Notes under the pieces: model-generated | The model's database searches: none | What the model was told of the DNA's origin: nothing | What the model saw: the letters and a program-made list of their open reading frames with translations, nothing else | DNA from: an uncultured Actinomycetota bacterium | GTDB lineage: Bacteria > Actinomycetota > Actinomycetes > Propionibacteriales > Nocardioidaceae | Assembly: GCA_963695295.1 (NCBI GenBank) | Contig: OY968771.1 | Coordinates: 58,939 to 122,938, forward strand | DNA: 64,000 bases | Direction of reading: 5' to 3' | Shown: piece after piece, positions 30,042 through 36,954 of the stretch | How the letters are laid out: each line of letters starts with the position of its first letter | How positions within the stretch are numbered: the stretch's first letter is position 1 | Translations under genes and position numbers: made by a program

Positions 30042-30056
30042 TCGAACATGCGTTCG
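30042..30056. promoter_or_regulatory. LexA (SOS) box with TAGACT -10, upstream of the HNH gene
   Basis: TCGAACATGCGTTCG is a perfect GAAC-N4-GTTC. In gene orientation it reads CGAACGCATGTTCGAC-TAGACT-gggcgc-ATG, so the mRNA is probably leaderless or nearly so. Confidence 0.75.
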
Positions 30057-30107
30057 TTTACCAGCAGGAATCCACTGGAACAATAACGAATCTTGTCCAC
30101 AGACCGC

Positions 30108-30941
30108 TTACGGATCGACGTCCTTCGCGGCCTCGCGCGCCCAGATCTCCTGAGCCCGCAGCGTGACCGGGCCGGGGGCCGGAACCTCGCGCTCGTCGAC
30201 CCGCTCGATGCCCTGGACGTCGCGCGTCGTGCCGACCAGGATCACCTCGTCGGCGCCGCGCAATACCTCGATCGGCGCGTCCTTCTCGACGACGTCCAGC
30301 TCGCCTGCGCACCACTCGAGCACGAGCGCGCGCGTGACGCCGGCAAGGCAGCCGGAGTCGAGCGTCGGCGTGATCAGTTGCTCGCCGACGACGTACATGA
30401 TGTTGGAGCCGGTGCCCTCGCACAGCAGCCCGGCGGTGTTCGGCATGACCGCCTCGGAGGCCCCCTTGGCGATCGCGGCCTCGACCATCTTCGCGTTCTC
30501 GGCGTAGGACGTCGTCTTGAGGCCGGCCAGCGCTCCGCGCTCGTTGCGTGGCCAGGGCACCGTGATGATGGAGCTGACCGACGGCGGACGGTCGCACGGC
30601 TCGGTGATGACCACGGACGTGAGCCCATGCCCACCACGCGGCGAACCCAACGGGCCGGTCCCGGAGGTCACGGTGACGCGGATCCGCCCGAAGGGCAGGT
30701 CCTGGCCCTCCATCGTCGCGGCCACGCCTTCGCGGATCGCGCTGACGTCTGGTTTGCCGATGCCGAGGCCCTCCGCCGACCGCACCAGCCGGTCGAGATG
30801 GCGGGTCAACGCGAAGGGGGTTCCGGCCTCGATCTTGATGGTCTCGAACACCCCGTCGCCGACGATGATCCCGTGGTCGAGCACACCGATCGCGGGTTGT
30901 TCCGGCGATTCCAACAGCTGTCCGTCGAGCCATGCCTTCAT
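30108..30941 (-). CDS. class IV aminotransferase family protein (aminodeoxychorismate lyase / branched-chain type)
   Basis: DHGIIVGDGVFETI...RHLDRL...GLKTTSYAEN...EGTGSNI are fold-type IV PLP enzyme motifs. Start at ATG 30941 (MKAWLDG). Confidence 0.88.
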   Translation of the reverse strand: MKAWLDGQLLESPEQPAIGVLDHGIIVGDGVFETIKIEAGTPFALTRHLDRLVRSAEGLGIGKPDVSAIREGVAATMEGQDLPFGRIRVTVTSGTGPLGSPRGGHGLTSVVITEPCDRPPSVSSIITVPWPRNERGALAGLKTTSYAENAKMVEAAIAKGASEAVMPNTAGLLCEGTGSNIMYVVGEQLITPTLDSGCLAGVTRALVLEWCAGELDVVEKDAPIEVLRGADEVILVGTTRDVQGIERVDEREVPAPGPVTLRAQEIWAREAAKDVDP

Positions 30942-31030
30942 GCCGTCACCGTACCTCTCGGCTGCGCTCCCCCGGTTTGGGTTCGCTCTCGCGAATCGGC
31001 TAAGGTTTCGTGTCGCCCCAGTCAGACTCA

Positions 31031-31102
31031 TCGGGGCAGCGCGGACGTGGCTCAGTGGTAGAGCATCACCTTGCCAAGGTGAGGGTCGCGGGTTCGAATC
31101 CC
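31031..31102 (+). tRNA. tRNA-Gly (anticodon GCC)
   Basis: GCGGACG...TCACC-TTGCCAA-GGTGA...GCGGG-TTCGAAT-CCCGT-CGTCCGC-T is a full 72-nt cloverleaf. Confidence 0.95.
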
Positions 31103-31125
31103 GTCGTCCGCTCGGAGGGTGCAGA

Positions 31126-31196
31126 CCCATCCACCGGTGGGTTGGCCGAGAGGCGAGGCAACGGACTGCAAATCCGTTTACACGGGTTCAAATCCC
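31126..31196 (+). tRNA. tRNA-Cys (anticodon GCA)
   Basis: GGTGGGT...ACGGA-CTGCAAA-TCCGT...ACGGG-TTCAAAT-CCCGT-ACCCACC-T, 71 nt. Confidence 0.95.
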
Positions 31197-31224
31197 GTAC
31201 CCACCTCAACACCACAACTGAACA

Positions 31225-31299
31225 GCACGAACACGGGCGATTGGCGCAGCGGTAGCGCGCTTCCCTGACACGGAAGAGGTCACTGGTTCAAACCCAGTA
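31225..31299 (+). tRNA. tRNA-Val (anticodon GAC), CCA encoded
   Basis: GGGCGAT...CTTCC-CTGACAC-GGAAG...ACTGG-TTCAAAC-CCAGT-ATCGCCC-ACCA. It is nearly identical to the Val(CAC) gene outside the anticodon arm. Confidence 0.95.
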
Positions 31300-31306
31300 T
31301 CGCCCA

Positions 31307-31343
31307 CCAGCACGAAACGGCTCCTGATCAGCGCATATGCGGT
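31307..31343 (+). terminator. hairpin terminator after the tRNA cluster
   Basis: ACGGCTCCTGA / TCAGGAGCCGT forms an 11-bp stem with a 15-nt loop, followed by CTTGGTT. Confidence 0.6.
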
Positions 31344-31605
31344 CAGGAGCCGTCTTGGTTGTAGGCCGCGTGCGACATACGTGCGATATGGCGAAGGTCG
31401 GAATCCCCCAGCCAGCCGGCCAAGGAGGGTCGGCTCTCCGACGTGTTCCACGGCGCACCCGATGTCGCAGAAGGCGGTCGGTCGCTCTTCCACCAAAGAC
31501 GTGCCGCCCAGGGCACAGTTGCCGGTCCTCGACCTCTCCTGCGCTCGGTCGACGTGGTCGACGTTCAGCGCCAGCCAAGGACCACAGAGCGATCTAGAGG
31601 AAGCC

Positions 31606-32031
31606 TCAGAGTCCTGTTCGATCCACGCCGTACTCGGCCTGGGCCGGTGTGAAGCCTTCAAACTTCAACTGCTGAATCAGACCTTGGCGCGAGAACGATG
31701 ACAAATCCAGATACTCCTCAGCTTTGAGCGCTGCCTGCTTCTTCCAGTTCGCGTGCTGGGCGTCAACCCCGTACTTCGCGTCCTTCTGGGAGAAGCCCTC
31801 GAACTTCAACTGTTGTATCAGGCCCTTGCGAGAGAATGCGCTCAGTGTGAGGTACTCCTCGGCCTTTGCCCGCGCGTTGGCCTGCGAGCGCGTCTCCTCT
31901 GGGCGGTCGGATGAGTCGTCCTGTTGGTCGGACGTCGTCTGAACCTCTCGCGGCGCGTTGCTCGGTTCCTCGATCACGCAGCCTGAGGTGAGAGCAGCGA
32001 GCATGGCCGCTCCAATCGCGATCCGCTTCAT
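31606..32031 (-). CDS. lipoprotein with two Ltp-type repeats (host cell surface-exposed lipoprotein / superinfection-exclusion family)
   Basis: Lipobox LTSGC. Two copies of the repeat: AEEYL.LS.FSR.GLIQQLKFEGF...A.YGVD. A strong AGGAG RBS is present. Confidence 0.85.
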   Translation of the reverse strand: MKRIAIGAAMLAALTSGCVIEEPSNAPREVQTTSDQQDDSSDRPEETRSQANARAKAEEYLTLSAFSRKGLIQQLKFEGFSQKDAKYGVDAQHANWKKQAALKAEEYLDLSSFSRQGLIQQLKFEGFTPAQAEYGVDRTGL

Positions 32032-32254
32032 CGTTTCGCTCCTATTCAGCCCTCTAAACCTGCACCCATCTCGCGATGTTCGTGGCGCTTTCCATTCCCA
32101 CCTCCGTTTAGTGCATCACTCTGGACCGCTTAGTGGGAGGGGAACTCGAAACTGGAGCTTGGATCGCTCAGCTCAACGTTCGCGCGCGCACGCCGTGAGA
32201 ATCGAACCCAACCATGCTCGTGCTCCAATGTAGGTTCGGCGGTACCTTAACGAA

Positions 32255-32716
32255 ATGTCGTCCGGGCTACGCGCACTCATTACAGCGGCGAACTCCTATT
32301 CTGAGCCACTCGACTTCGAAATCTCAGTCTCGACCGGCGGCCCCACTATGCGCGGACGAGTCGCGCCCACATCTAGCTGGTACGCCGTGAACAAGCGCGC
32401 CAGCACCCAGGCGGCGGAAAGCATTGTCAAGAGTTGGGGACGCAAGGGCGCGGATCAGCAGCAGCAGGCTGACCAGCAGGCTCAATCCGTCTCACGACTG
32501 ATGGACTTCACACGGGACAGCGAAGACGCCGACGTTGATGAGTTGACCCTCGTCGACGTTCAACTTGTCCTCAGCGAAGGTGGTGGGGTGCAGCTGCCGG
32601 TCGTGCGAGTACCGCTCGCGTCTGTCAACGCTTGGTGGATCGTTCCCGGCAAAGAGCTCAAGGGATCCTCCGGCGGATTCTTTGCAGTCGGAGGAAGTTT
32701 CCCGATCGGCGACTAA
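32255..32716 (+). CDS. hypothetical protein
   Basis: 153-aa ORF divergent from the Ltp-like gene, with a Gln-rich linker and a C-terminal beta-like region. No family recognised and the RBS is weak. Confidence 0.5.
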   Translation: MSSGLRALITAANSYSEPLDFEISVSTGGPTMRGRVAPTSSWYAVNKRASTQAAESIVKSWGRKGADQQQQADQQAQSVSRLMDFTRDSEDADVDELTLVDVQLVLSEGGGVQLPVVRVPLASVNAWWIVPGKELKGSSGGFFAVGGSFPIGD

Positions 32717-32860
32717 GCGGTCAATGAATGCCGGTTGCTCTCCTGACAACTTGCCGATAGTTCAGAAACCGGACCCACGGCCGATTCTCACGTCGACCGC
32801 GTTCGCTAACGAGGCGGGTATCCGTCAGCCCCGGCCAGCGCTAGCTGGGGCCATCAGGCA

Positions 32861-32884
32861 TCTCCCCCGAGTGCGCGGGGGCGG
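32861..32884 (-). repeat. 25-nt GC-rich stem-loop repeat, copy D
   Basis: The reverse complement reads CCGCCCCCGCGCACTCGGGGGAGA. Confidence 0.8.
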
Positions 32885-32911
32885 TCGCTACCTTGAGTAC
32901 ATGGCTGGGGG

Positions 32912-33139
32912 TTGGATCGAGTGAGGCCTGACTTCTTGACCACACTCGAGGTCGGCGAACGCACCCGCGAGACTCCCGAAACAATCGCCCGCAAATGTGC
33001 GGCCGGCATCATCCCCGCCGCCAAAGTCGGACGCCGCTGGCTCATCGCCGCAGCCGTGGTTGACAAGATGCTCGAACCCACGAATCTCAAGCCCGAACTT
33101 GTGGTCCGCTCGACCGCCGCCAGAAGAAGGCCAGGTTAG
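32912..33139 (+). CDS. excisionase / AlpA-like helix-turn-helix DNA-binding protein
   Basis: FLTTLEVGERTRETPETIARKCAAGIIPAAKVGRRWLIAAAVVDKML matches the HTH_17 excisionase-family pattern (...sT.yrl...G.lpa.kiGrrWri....l...l). The start is TTG 32912 or GTG 32921. Confidence 0.7.
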   Translation: MDRVRPDFLTTLEVGERTRETPETIARKCAAGIIPAAKVGRRWLIAAAVVDKMLEPTNLKPELVVRSTAARRRPG

Positions 33140-33399
33140 TAGTTCAACTCCGTTCGCGGGTTCGGGTCCGGGTACAACGGCCGCAGCTGCTCGACCGGGA
33201 ACCACTTCCAAACCAACGGTGAGCCGTCGAGCGTCTCGTCCTGGTAGACGACCAGCGCCTCCCACCTGTAGCTGTGGTGCTTCCAATCGACGACATACCC
33301 CTGCCAGGGACGCTCGTAGCGGCGCTTGCGGAGGATGAGGACGTGACGGGTGGGTCGGTAGGCCGGCCACTTGTCGCGTCTGCTCGGGTTTGCCCCCAC
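33136..33399 (-). CDS. small Trp-rich hypothetical protein behind an SOS box
   Basis: 87 aa with a GTG start: (M)GANPSRRDKWPAYRPTRHVLILRKRRYERPWQGYVVDWKHHSYRWEALVVYQDETLDGSPLVWKWFPVEQLRPL. Its N-terminus and 5' region are duplicated at 26714-26856. Confidence 0.62.
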   Translation of the reverse strand: MGANPSRRDKWPAYRPTRHVLILRKRRYERPWQGYVVDWKHHSYRWEALVVYQDETLDGSPLVWKWFPVEQLRPLYPDPNPRTELNY

Positions 33400-33502
33400 A
33401 CCTTCAGACTAGAACATGCGTTCGAGTGTCTCGATCTCCTCTGCCCGACCTTCGCGGCGAACACTTTCCGCTGCGCATCTCGCTCCGAGTGCCGCGGGGG
33501 CG
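33362..33502 (-). repeat. about 143-nt SOS-box small-gene module, right copy (includes 25-nt repeat copy E at 33477-33502)
   Basis: The reverse complement aligns with 26714-26856 (see that feature). Confidence 0.75.
33410..33425. promoter_or_regulatory. LexA (SOS) box plus TAGTCT -10 for the 33399 gene
   Basis: In gene orientation: TCGAACGCATGTTCTA-GTCTGAAGGT-GTG. Both GAAC/GTTC half-sites are intact, and TAGTCT fits the actinobacterial -10 TANNNT. Confidence 0.6.
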
Positions 33503-33679
33503 CCGAGTTCGACGGCAGGCGGGTTAAATTAGCGACCCTCGAAGGCAAGAGCGCTGTCCGGAGCCCGAGTTAAACGGGCAACCTCACAATTCGTAAGTTC
33601 ACCGACCCGGTCATCAGTGTTTCGAACGAGGCCGGCTGAACGCGTTGCGAGGACGAAGGTGCGTTGCATTCCCGACTAG

Positions 33680-33904
33680 TCACTGCGGTGGGTTTCGGAC
33701 GATGTCTCCGGTCTTCGGGACTCCAACCTTGATTGGGATCCATTTGCCCGCGACGAGAAGTTCGTAGTCCCAATATTGGGACGGGATGGTATTGCTAGAT
33801 CTCTTGTCGTCTGTACTAGTGGTTGGGGTTCGACCATGGTCGCTAATACCCATGTGCAGGTGGCAGCCTGTCCGGGACCCGTCCAGAGGAGTCCGAACGG
33901 TCAT
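33680..33904 (-). CDS. possible small ORF (74 aa)
   Basis: MTVRTPLDG...YWDYELLVAGKWIPIKVGVPKTGDIVRNPPQ lies in the lowest-GC stretch. There is only a weak RBS and no family match, so this is a low-confidence call. Confidence 0.25.
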   Translation of the reverse strand: MTVRTPLDGSRTGCHLHMGISDHGRTPTTSTDDKRSSNTIPSQYWDYELLVAGKWIPIKVGVPKTGDIVRNPPQ

Positions 33905-34028
33905 CTCGCGTCCACCCACCCGCGCCACTCGTTGCCCCTTAGTGACTGCAAACGGAATCGACCTCGTGCCGAAAAGCGATTGGAATGAGCTTGGAACAGG
34001 CGAACCTCCACTTCGGGTGGAAGAGGCC

Positions 34029-34778
34029 CTATTCCGCGCCAACTTCAACCTTGTAGTCGTCAACGGAGAAGACCTTGTCCGACGAGTCGGAATCGAGCAT
34101 CGATTTCGCCTGCCCGTTGAACCCGAATCCACCGGGTGGCAAGGGATCCTTGGTATCGATTGCGTGTAGGACGTGTTCTCCGTCGACGAGCAGGTCCAGG
34201 GTCACCGACCCGTCCTTCTCGGTCCAACACCAGGCTTGCATCCGGACCGGCTTCGTTCCGAGTTTGATCTTGGGGTCGGCCGCTAGGGTCCTCAGTTCTC
34301 CCTCGACCGTGTTCTCCTTCTTCAAGATCGTGGCACCCTCGGGTCCGACGCCGAGGCTGTACCAGATGATTCCAGGCTTACTCAGGTCCCCGATGTTCTG
34401 TTCGGTGAAGTGACAGCTGAATCCGGAGGCGGTGAAGTCCGCAGGATAGAAGGCTGCGCTCTGGGATAGCTGCCCGGCTTCTGGGTGTCTTGCTATCACA
34501 CCGTCACCGTTGAGGGCTTCGAAAGAGAATCCCGGAGCCATCGAGAGCGACCAGCGTTCGCCCTTCAACGATGAGCCGGGATCATTGAGCCATTTGAACT
34601 CGTCGTCGGTGAAGTCTTCGTCGAGGATGGTGGTGGTCGTGCGCGGTGGAACGGGGACGATGGTGGCCGATGGATCTGGGCTGTCGGTCGAATCTCGGGC
34701 GCCACAGGCACCAGTCGAGAAACCGAGGGCGACGGTGGCGACGAATACTGCAGCAGCGCGTGCTCGCTTCGATCTCAT
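34029..34778 (-). CDS. hypothetical lipoprotein (possible lectin / LamG-like beta-sandwich)
   Basis: Lipobox LGFSTGAC. The 249-aa body is beta-rich. A GAGG RBS is present. Confidence 0.72.
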   Translation of the reverse strand: MRSKRARAAAVFVATVALGFSTGACGARDSTDSPDPSATIVPVPPRTTTTILDEDFTDDEFKWLNDPGSSLKGERWSLSMAPGFSFEALNGDGVIARHPEAGQLSQSAAFYPADFTASGFSCHFTEQNIGDLSKPGIIWYSLGVGPEGATILKKENTVEGELRTLAADPKIKLGTKPVRMQAWCWTEKDGSVTLDLLVDGEHVLHAIDTKDPLPPGGFGFNGQAKSMLDSDSSDKVFSVDDYKVEVGAE

Positions 34779-35037
34779 GCCTCATCATGCTGGTTCGCAG
34801 GATGCCTAGTGATGGGTTCGCGATGACCGACGCAAACGAACCCGAGCCGATCGGGTCGGCCAGCAGCCGCCATGCTGCTGACCGTGGTCCTGGAACGGGC
34901 GCATCCGCGCGAACTACTACGAGCCCCACGCCCGCCCCCGCAGCACTTTTCGGCAACTGAGCAGGGCGCCCGCTCCACACCGCAACGGTCAGGAGCAGTT
35001 CTCGCTCGCTACTCCAGGATTTGGTCCTCGGAACGGT

Positions 35038-35295
35038 CTAGGAGGGTGTGCCGCCGGCGAAGAGAAGGAGGCTGGCGGCGTACATCTCGGCCACTTGATC
35101 GGCATAGCCGCGCTGGCTGTGGGCTTCGAGCTTGGCCGTGGCCACGGTGGTCAGCAGATCGACCTGTGCACCGGCGAGGGAACGCAACACCGAGGCCGCT
35201 TCAGCGATCGGAATCCGCTCCCGGCTGAAGCTCGTGGCAGCGTTGTCGAGCGCCACGTGCAGGGCGCTGTCGCCTTCGTGCCAAGGCTGGGCCAT
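35038..35295 (-). CDS. hypothetical helical protein
   Basis: 85-aa ORF, 60 nt downstream of the SnoaL-like gene on the same strand. No family recognised. Confidence 0.45.
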   Translation of the reverse strand: MAQPWHEGDSALHVALDNAATSFSRERIPIAEAASVLRSLAGAQVDLLTTVATAKLEAHSQRGYADQVAEMYAASLLLFAGGTPS

Positions 35296-35355
35296 CGCGA
35301 CATTCTACGATCCGAGCGGACTGGACGAGTCGGTTTCGCCAGAAGGTTGCCGATC

Positions 35356-35787
35356 TCAACTTCCGTCCTTGCGCTCCCAGGCGAGCTCCTCGACGAGCTC
35401 GCGGCTGCGCCAGCCGTCCGGGGTCCGCACGAGCTTGTGCAGGTAGTAGCCGCCGACCTCCATGCGCCACGGGCCGCCATCGGGCTGGGCGATCGCCATC
35501 GGGTTCATCAGGTAGACGCGCGCCTCGGCACTGTCACCGTCGATCGTGACCTCCTTCTGACACACGTAATGCTGCATCGTCGAGAACATCGGGAGGGTTT
35601 GCGCCAACCACTCGCGCACGTCGTCGCGGGTGCCCTTGATCCCGCCGCTCGCGGTGTAGTCGATGGTCGCGTCCGGGGTGAAGACGGTGTCGAAGCGCGC
35701 CCAGTCCAGCGTGTCCACGGCTCGGGTGTAGGTCGTGATCAGGTCGTCGATCTCGATGCGGTCGGAGATCGTCTGCGCATCCAGCAC
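35356..35787 (-). CDS. SnoaL-like / NTF2-fold protein
   Basis: ISDRIEIDDLITTYTRAVDTLDWARFDTVFTPDATIDY...GGYYLHKLVRTPDGWRSRE is a typical SnoaL_4 pattern. Start at GTG 35787. The remaining upstream part of the 774-aa ORF is a GC-rich shadow. Confidence 0.8.
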   Translation of the reverse strand: MLDAQTISDRIEIDDLITTYTRAVDTLDWARFDTVFTPDATIDYTASGGIKGTRDDVREWLAQTLPMFSTMQHYVCQKEVTIDGDSAEARVYLMNPMAIAQPDGGPWRMEVGGYYLHKLVRTPDGWRSRELVEELAWERKDGS

Positions 35788-35798
35788 GGGCCGGCCGA

Positions 35799-36836
35799 CT
35801 ACCGGGTGATCGCGAACTGGTCGATCGTGCCGCCGTCGCGGTCGATGGCCTTGCCCTCGATGCGGTCCTCGTAGACGACCAGCTCGAGGAAGTGCAGCAC
35901 CGAGAGGCTCACCTCGGTGAAGTCTCGACGGCCCGCCTCGCGCAGCTTGGCGCCTCCCCCGGACACCACGTAGGTGACACCGTCGAGCTCCTTCGACCGC
36001 TGGTAGTCGTGGTCGTGCCCGGCGAGGACGAGGGGGACGTCGGCCTGCTCGAACAGCGGGACCCAGCGTTGCTGGACGCTTCGGGTGGAGCCGTGGTCGC
36101 CGGCGGAGTAGGCGGGGTGGTGCATGGCCGCGATCGTCCACGTTCCCTTCGGCTGCTTCTCGGCCAAGACCTGCTTGAGCCACCGGTTCTGCTCGGGATT
36201 GCCGACCTTGTTCGAGTCCAGGGCGATGACTCGCACCGGCCCGACCTTCTCCACGAACCACCCAGAATCCCGGCCGAGCTGGCGCATGATGGCGGCGCCC
36301 TGACCGCTCTGGACGTCGTGGTTGCCCAGCGTCGGGATGAGCGTCGCGTCCTTGAGGACGGGGGCATAGGGCTCGTTGACGGATGCACGAGTCAGGGAGG
36401 CCTTGCCGTCCGGGTAGATCATGTCGCCGAGGATGACCAAGGCGTCGTAGGGGTCGCCGCCACGCTCGGACTCCGCAGCCAGTCGAGTGGCCATGGCGCG
36501 CTGGTTCCGGTCGCGCATCCCGGTGTCGCCGATGATCGCGAGACGTGTTGCGGGTGCGGTGTCGACCGATGGCAACGACGTGCTGGGCGCCGGCGACGGC
36601 GTCGTGGGCAGCGCGGTCGGCGAGGCCGGTTCCCGTCGCGGCGGGGTCTCCTGCGACGCAGGGTCGAAGAACGCCGGTCGGACGACGAAGGCCAGCGCGA
36701 CGAGCGCGACCGCCACCGCTGCCGACACGCTCAGGATGCGAACGAGTCGCAGCCGCTGCTTGCGCCGGCGTCGCGATCCCGACGGCACGCGCCCAGATCG
36801 TCCGCTCATGCCGACGACGATAGAGCGCGCATCCAC
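35799..36836 (-). CDS. membrane-anchored metallophosphoesterase
   Basis: Calcineurin-like motifs: GDTG, GDMIYPDG, GNHD, (A)MHHP and GHDHDYQ. An N-terminal TM anchor is present. Confidence 0.88.
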   Translation of the reverse strand: MDARSIVVGMSGRSGRVPSGSRRRRKQRLRLVRILSVSAAVAVALVALAFVVRPAFFDPASQETPPRREPASPTALPTTPSPAPSTSLPSVDTAPATRLAIIGDTGMRDRNQRAMATRLAAESERGGDPYDALVILGDMIYPDGKASLTRASVNEPYAPVLKDATLIPTLGNHDVQSGQGAAIMRQLGRDSGWFVEKVGPVRVIALDSNKVGNPEQNRWLKQVLAEKQPKGTWTIAAMHHPAYSAGDHGSTRSVQQRWVPLFEQADVPLVLAGHDHDYQRSKELDGVTYVVSGGGAKLREAGRRDFTEVSLSVLHFLELVVYEDRIEGKAIDRDGGTIDQFAITR

Positions 36837-36912
36837 ATCGTGATCGCCAATCCCAAAATTCGGTCGTCTGCTCGTCGACGACGGGGCCTCGCGTACCCAC
36901 CGTCGAAGAGGC

Positions 36913-36931
36913 TAAGGTTAGCCAAGCCTTA
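36913..36931. promoter_or_regulatory. IdeR/DtxR-type iron box
   Basis: TAAGGTTAGCCAAGCCTTA matches 17 of 19 positions of the iron-box consensus TWAGGTWAGSCTWACCTWA. It lies 24 nt upstream of the ABC substrate-binding gene, in a divergent promoter region. Confidence 0.65.
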
Positions 36932-36954
36932 GCCACACGACGGAAGGACGAGAG

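Noticed and set aside
30998-31007. GGCTAAGGTT upstream of tRNA-Gly as a second iron box.
   Set aside because: It matches only one half-site of the 19-bp IdeR palindrome. It is more likely part of the tRNA promoter (a TAAGGT -10-like element).
31337-31701. ORFs of 69-151 aa in several frames directly after tRNA-Val(GAC), considered as a possible integrase remnant.
   Set aside because: They have no recombinase motifs, no RBS and mutually overlapping frames, and they overlap the tRNA genes. I treat the stretch as non-coding or fully decayed.
26714-33502. The 25-nt GC-rich repeats as a CRISPR array.
   Set aside because: The copies are irregularly spaced (hundreds of nt to several kb), lie on both strands, are interleaved with genes, and have no cas genes nearby.
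28602-35300. att-type direct repeats of the tRNA-Val 3' ends that would delimit the islets.
   Set aside because: I could not find a convincing second copy of CCCAGTATCGCCCACCA or its complement by eye in either islet. Boundaries therefore remain undefined, and a computed search is needed.
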